64,000 nt of DNA from assembly GCA_016926205.1 (NCBI GenBank), contig JAFGPB010000073.1, positions 17,272-81,271 of the forward strand. Reading direction: 5' to 3'. The position numbers and the translations under genes are program-made. The stretch comes from Bacteroidales bacterium. Lineage in GTDB: Bacteria; Bacteroidota; Bacteroidia; Bacteroidales; UBA10428. Shown here piece after piece: positions 60,482 through 64,000 of the stretch. Each line of letters opens with the position of its first letter. Within the stretch, counting starts at the first letter, position 1. The notes under the pieces are model-generated. The model did not search any database. It was not told the DNA's origin and worked only from the letters and a program-made list of their open reading frames with translations.

Positions 60482-61865
60482 TATTCAGACAGAGCGTTTC
60501 GTTAAGTACAATGATTGCCTTTTTATAATCTTTTCTTCCGATGACGAACTGCATGTTCACTTGCTTCATGGACTGCGAAACAGCTTCAATATTAATACTG
60601 TTCTGAGCGAGTGCATGAGTCGCTTTGGAAATGATTCCAGGCTGGGCAATATTGGTCCCCAGCGCACATACCAGTGCCACGGATTTCACGGTGACCTCGT
60701 AATATTGTTTTTCAAGCTCATCCAGAAGCTCCTTCCTGACATCATCATCCCAGATTACCATGGTAATGCTGTTGGCATTTGTAGCTTTCAGAATATAACT
60801 GATACTATAACGTTCAAAACGTTCCATAATGGAACGGTCAAATCCCACCTGGCCTACCATCAGGGGATCATGGATTTCAATTGCAGTAACATCAGGGGTA
60901 CCTGATATGATTTCCACTTTTGATTTTTCTCCTACATAGTTTTTTGTGATGAGGGTACCCGGATGGTCGGGCTCAAAAGTATTTTTAATGCGGATATGGA
61001 TACCAGCCATTTCAAGCGGCTTCGATGCTTTCGGATGAATTGCCTCCATACCGATATCAGCAAGCTGATCAGCAACGTTGTAATTTGTGAAGCACACCGG
61101 AATGGACTTTTCAATTCCAACGATATTCGGATCTGCCGAGGAAAGATGGAATTCTTTATGAATTACAGCTTCTTCCGCTTTCACTTCAACGGCAACCTTA
61201 CTGAAGGTAACCTCACTGTAGCCCCTGTCAAATTCCCGCATAATTCCCTCTGTACCTTTTGTGTAACCGGTAACTATAGGTATGGAACGGGTATAATCAA
61301 CCTTCTGGAACGCTTTATGAATCCTTTCATCGATTGTCAGATACTCGGTGTCGTCAAAGCCGCACAGATCGACAAATGTAGCTTTAATACCATGGTTTTC
61401 AAGAATGTTCACTGTGTTGAAAGCTGCATGTGCTTCACCGATCGAAGAGAGTATTTCGCGTGCTGCAAGGAGGATGTTCGTACGGTTCACATATCCCGTT
61501 GCCAGAACGTTGTTCAGGTGGTTAAGATAATTCCCGGCCTGTGAGATCCGGTTGGTAATGAAATCGTCGGCGGTTGACAGATCGAGTTTGATGTCCCTGA
61601 ATGTATGATTGATGGCGATCAGCTTTTCGAGCAATACGTCCAATGCTTTTCCGTAATCCTCATTGTTGACAAATTTCTGGTAAATGCCAGGTTCTTTGGT
61701 TTTCTTATGCTCAAGAAGCCAATTGGTTACGTTGTTGTATGCGGAAACCACGAAAATTCTGTTGTAATGGTCAGCCTGATGCAAACCGAGCTTTAATATG
61801 ATGTTGCTGAGGACTTCACTGAACTTTGACATGGAAGTGCCCCCTATTTTTTCAACTGTCAGCAT
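60465..61865 (-). CDS. Second aspartokinase-family protein (amino-acid kinase plus ACT domains)
   Basis: N-terminal VEKIGGTSMSKF and VVSAY motifs, with C-terminal ACT-like repeats. 466 aa. Its stop codon lies 17 nt inside the next gene. Confidence 0.8.
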   Translation of the reverse strand: MLTVEKIGGTSMSKFSEVLSNIILKLGLHQADHYNRIFVVSAYNNVTNWLLEHKKTKEPGIYQKFVNNEDYGKALDVLLEKLIAINHTFRDIKLDLSTADDFITNRISQAGNYLNHLNNVLATGYVNRTNILLAAREILSSIGEAHAAFNTVNILENHGIKATFVDLCGFDDTEYLTIDERIHKAFQKVDYTRSIPIVTGYTKGTEGIMREFDRGYSEVTFSKVAVEVKAEEAVIHKEFHLSSADPNIVGIEKSIPVCFTNYNVADQLADIGMEAIHPKASKPLEMAGIHIRIKNTFEPDHPGTLITKNYVGEKSKVEIISGTPDVTAIEIHDPLMVGQVGFDRSIMERFERYSISYILKATNANSITMVIWDDDVRKELLDELEKQYYEVTVKSVALVCALGTNIAQPGIISKATHALAQNSINIEAVSQSMKQVNMQFVIGRKDYKKAIIVLNETLCLNNDEIN

Positions 61866-61903
61866 ATTCCGGGAAAATATATTTTTAATGGGCTTTCAGG
61901 GGA

Positions 61904-61911
61904 CAAAAATA
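61904..61911 (-). promoter_or_regulatory. Bacteroidota -7 box upstream of the second aspartokinase gene
   Basis: The minus strand reads TATTTTTG, 39 nt upstream of the ATG at 61865. Confidence 0.35.
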
Positions 61912-61925
61912 GCAATTTTAAATGA

Positions 61926-62465
61926 TTAACCCCCAAGTTCAACCCTGAACAGGGGTTTATAGCCAAAGTGCTCACCATCACTGGTATAAAAATTATAGCC
62001 GAGTACCATTGAATGTACTTTCTTTGTCATGGTGCTGTTGTCGGGATTCAGAAACCAAATTTCCGTAAACTGGATCATCCCGATTTCATCAGGATTAAAT
62101 CCCGTCTCTTTTTCAATTTTTCCAAGTTGCCTGTCCGTCAGCCGTTCCAACGTTTCGTAATCATAAGCACGGGCAGTACCTTCACGGATCATACGGAAGA
62201 TATTGCTGATCAGTGCCTGATGGTTCAATTTACTCAGACATTCTTCTGTCCACCAGTCATCAGGATTTGTGTTGCGGATGATTATTTCATAGGTTATGGT
62301 ATCTGCGACAATAATCCCGAGCAATGTATCAGATGGGAGAGCTTCATCGGTTGCATGAACATCGTTGTCCAGATGCGCACAGGAAAGCATGATGCAGGAT
62401 AACATGACCGGCCAAAGTAAACATTTGATTTTGAATGAATTGCGTAAACAATTTTGTTTTTGCAT
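61926..62465 (-). CDS. Hypothetical lipoprotein
   Basis: Signal peptide with a lipobox-like IMLSC. I recognise no catalytic motif. Confidence 0.55.
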   Translation of the reverse strand: MQKQNCLRNSFKIKCLLWPVMLSCIMLSCAHLDNDVHATDEALPSDTLLGIIVADTITYEIIIRNTNPDDWWTEECLSKLNHQALISNIFRMIREGTARAYDYETLERLTDRQLGKIEKETGFNPDEIGMIQFTEIWFLNPDNSTMTKKVHSMVLGYNFYTSDGEHFGYKPLFRVELGG

Positions 62466-62493
62466 GACAGAAATTGGTTTTATGTTTTACGTT

Positions 62494-64000
62494 TCAGCTT
62501 CGGTATGGCAAGGTGAAAGAGAATGTGCTGCCCTTGCCAGGCATACTTTTCACCGCAATGGTACCCCCATGCAATTGGATCAATTCCTTGCACAGCAGAA
62601 GACCAAGACCGGAGCCCGCTTCAGAAGCAGTACCTTTCTTTGTGAAATTCTTGTCAATATTAAACAGATTTGACAGCTCCTCTTTGGCTATCCCGGTACC
62701 CTGATCTGTTATTTCAACTATAACAAAGTCTTCACTGTCTTTTGCTGAAATCACGACCGGATGATCCGGGTAGGAATATTTTATTGCATTCATGATTATG
62801 TTTCGCAATACGGTCTTTATCATCTGCTCATCAGCCTGCACCGACAATCTTGCAGGGATCTTGGTTTTTATGGTTACAAATTTTTGTTCATAAATATGTC
62901 TTAATTCCTGTACTTCATTTACAACAAGTTCTTTGATTTTCAAAGGCTTTAGCTGGAGTCGGAGGCCCTCTTTCTGGATCATGGACCATTCCAGTAGATT
63001 CTGCAACAAATTGAAGGTTGTCCGGGATGTATCATGCAAAATCTTTGCTGTTCTGGAGATACCCTTTAAATCACCTTTTTCAGATTGTTTCAGGATGATT
63101 CTCGACAGATTGATGATGATGTGAAATGGATTGCGAAGATCATGCGCGATAATTGTGAGCAGTTTGTCTTTTGTCAGATTTTGCTTCTTCAGGTTTTTCT
63201 CTTTTTCAATGAATTCAATTTCTTTTTTCTTATTTGCTGTTATTTCGTTCAATATGACTGTATATCCCAGGAGTTTACCTTTTCTTTTGATCACGGGATT
63301 GATGTTTGCATAATAATGTTTTGGTTTGTTGTCCTGCATGATATCAACCTCGGCTCCGGTCAGTTCTTTGGCCTGAAAAAGATCTGAAAGCAAGGGATAC
63401 ATCAACTGCAGCTGTTGGACCGGTACTCCCGTCATTTCACCGGATAACGCAGGAAATATGCTGGCCGCTTTACGGTTGAAACCTGCCACACGCTTCTTAC
63501 TATCCAGAATGATCACTCCGCTGGACATGCTTTCAAAAACATCTTCAAGTGCAATGGGAAAAAAGTCAAGCAACTGAAACCTGAATATTCCGAGAACATA
63601 GAGTATTCCCACGAAAGAAAATGAAAAAGGGACAATGTCCAGGTTTTCGGGACTCATTCCCGTAAGGTAGAGCAGGTAGAATCCCCATGGTATGATAGAG
63701 GCAATGAGCAGGACGAATGCCCTGGTCCGTTTGATCCCGATTGACTGTTTTGCCATGAGTGCGTATAATATACAGCTGATTAAAAGCGCCGTGTTGGCAT
63801 AAATCTGATGCACCCAGTACCAGACACCTTTGGAAAATGCTGCAAGCATGAAAATTCCGTCACTGTCAGTCCTGAAATCCCTGTAAAAAAGCTGACTGAT
63901 GTTCGTGTGATGAAGAATCAGCGTGACCGAGGAAAAAAACAACAACAGGACAAGTATTCCGGTTGTAATGTAATGTTCTCTGTCTGTAAATCGAAATGCC
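62494..64000 (-). CDS. Sensor histidine kinase (multi-TM N-terminal domain, PAS-like, HisKA, HATPase_c); N-terminus beyond the window
   Basis: H-box IIAHDLRNP, N-box NIIMNAIKYS, and G-boxes DQGTGI and GSGLGL. The frame stays open upstream of the TTG at 63945 to the window edge. Confidence 0.88.
   Translation of the reverse strand, partial: AFRFTDREHYITTGILVLLLFFSSVTLILHHTNISQLFYRDFRTDSDGIFMLAAFSKGVWYWVHQIYANTALLISCILYALMAKQSIGIKRTRAFVLLIASIIPWGFYLLYLTGMSPENLDIVPFSFSFVGILYVLGIFRFQLLDFFPIALEDVFESMSSGVIILDSKKRVAGFNRKAASIFPALSGEMTGVPVQQLQLMYPLLSDLFQAKELTGAEVDIMQDNKPKHYYANINPVIKRKGKLLGYTVILNEITANKKKEIEFIEKEKNLKKQNLTKDKLLTIIAHDLRNPFHIIINLSRIILKQSEKGDLKGISRTAKILHDTSRTTFNLLQNLLEWSMIQKEGLRLQLKPLKIKELVVNEVQELRHIYEQKFVTIKTKIPARLSVQADEQMIKTVLRNIIMNAIKYSYPDHPVVISAKDSEDFVIVEITDQGTGIAKEELSNLFNIDKNFTKKGTASEAGSGLGLLLCKELIQLHGGTIAVKSMPGKGSTFSFTLPYRS

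Overview
This window looks like a Bacteroidota-type chromosomal core segment with about 60 protein genes and one tRNA. All calls come from reading the sequence and the ORF track and from remembered family motifs; no homology search was run. The minus strand from 33.85 to 49.29 kb carries a complete, tightly packed dcw cell-division and cell-wall cluster: mraZ-rsmH-ftsL-ftsI-murE-mraY-murD-ftsW-murG-murC-ftsQ-ftsA-ftsZ. The rest is mostly housekeeping: lon, ftsH, mfd, rpmE (L31 type B), coaD, coaX, pyrE, birA, rsfS, cdsA-psd, tdh-kbl, glxK, rnhA, rnhB, lptC, a PpiD-like isomerase, an S46 dipeptidyl-peptidase and lysC. Several ORF-track starts are over-extended through TTG or GTG codons, and I trimmed them where a conserved N-terminus was obvious. 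I see no transposase, integrase, CRISPR array, restriction gene or recognisable defence gene, and I do not see a convincing novel multi-gene system. The best candidate is a same-strand cluster at 56.98-61.91 kb. In it, a second aspartokinase-family gene overlaps by 17 nt the start of a tri-domain enzyme (acyl-AMP ligase, carrier domain, PlsC acyltransferase). A small helical protein and a beta-barrel outer-membrane protein follow. Other points worth a second look:
- four GTGGGA-like boxes in exact 10-bp phase upstream of mraZ;
- a perfect 4 x 21 bp tandem repeat between convergent genes;
- a 37-bp duplication of the tRNA-His 3' end plus its terminator stem, and two acceptor-stem mismatches in that tRNA;
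- a 406-bp divergent intergenic region with a 12-bp-stem hairpin, next to an orphan PqqD-like protein and an orphan SiaB-like kinase.
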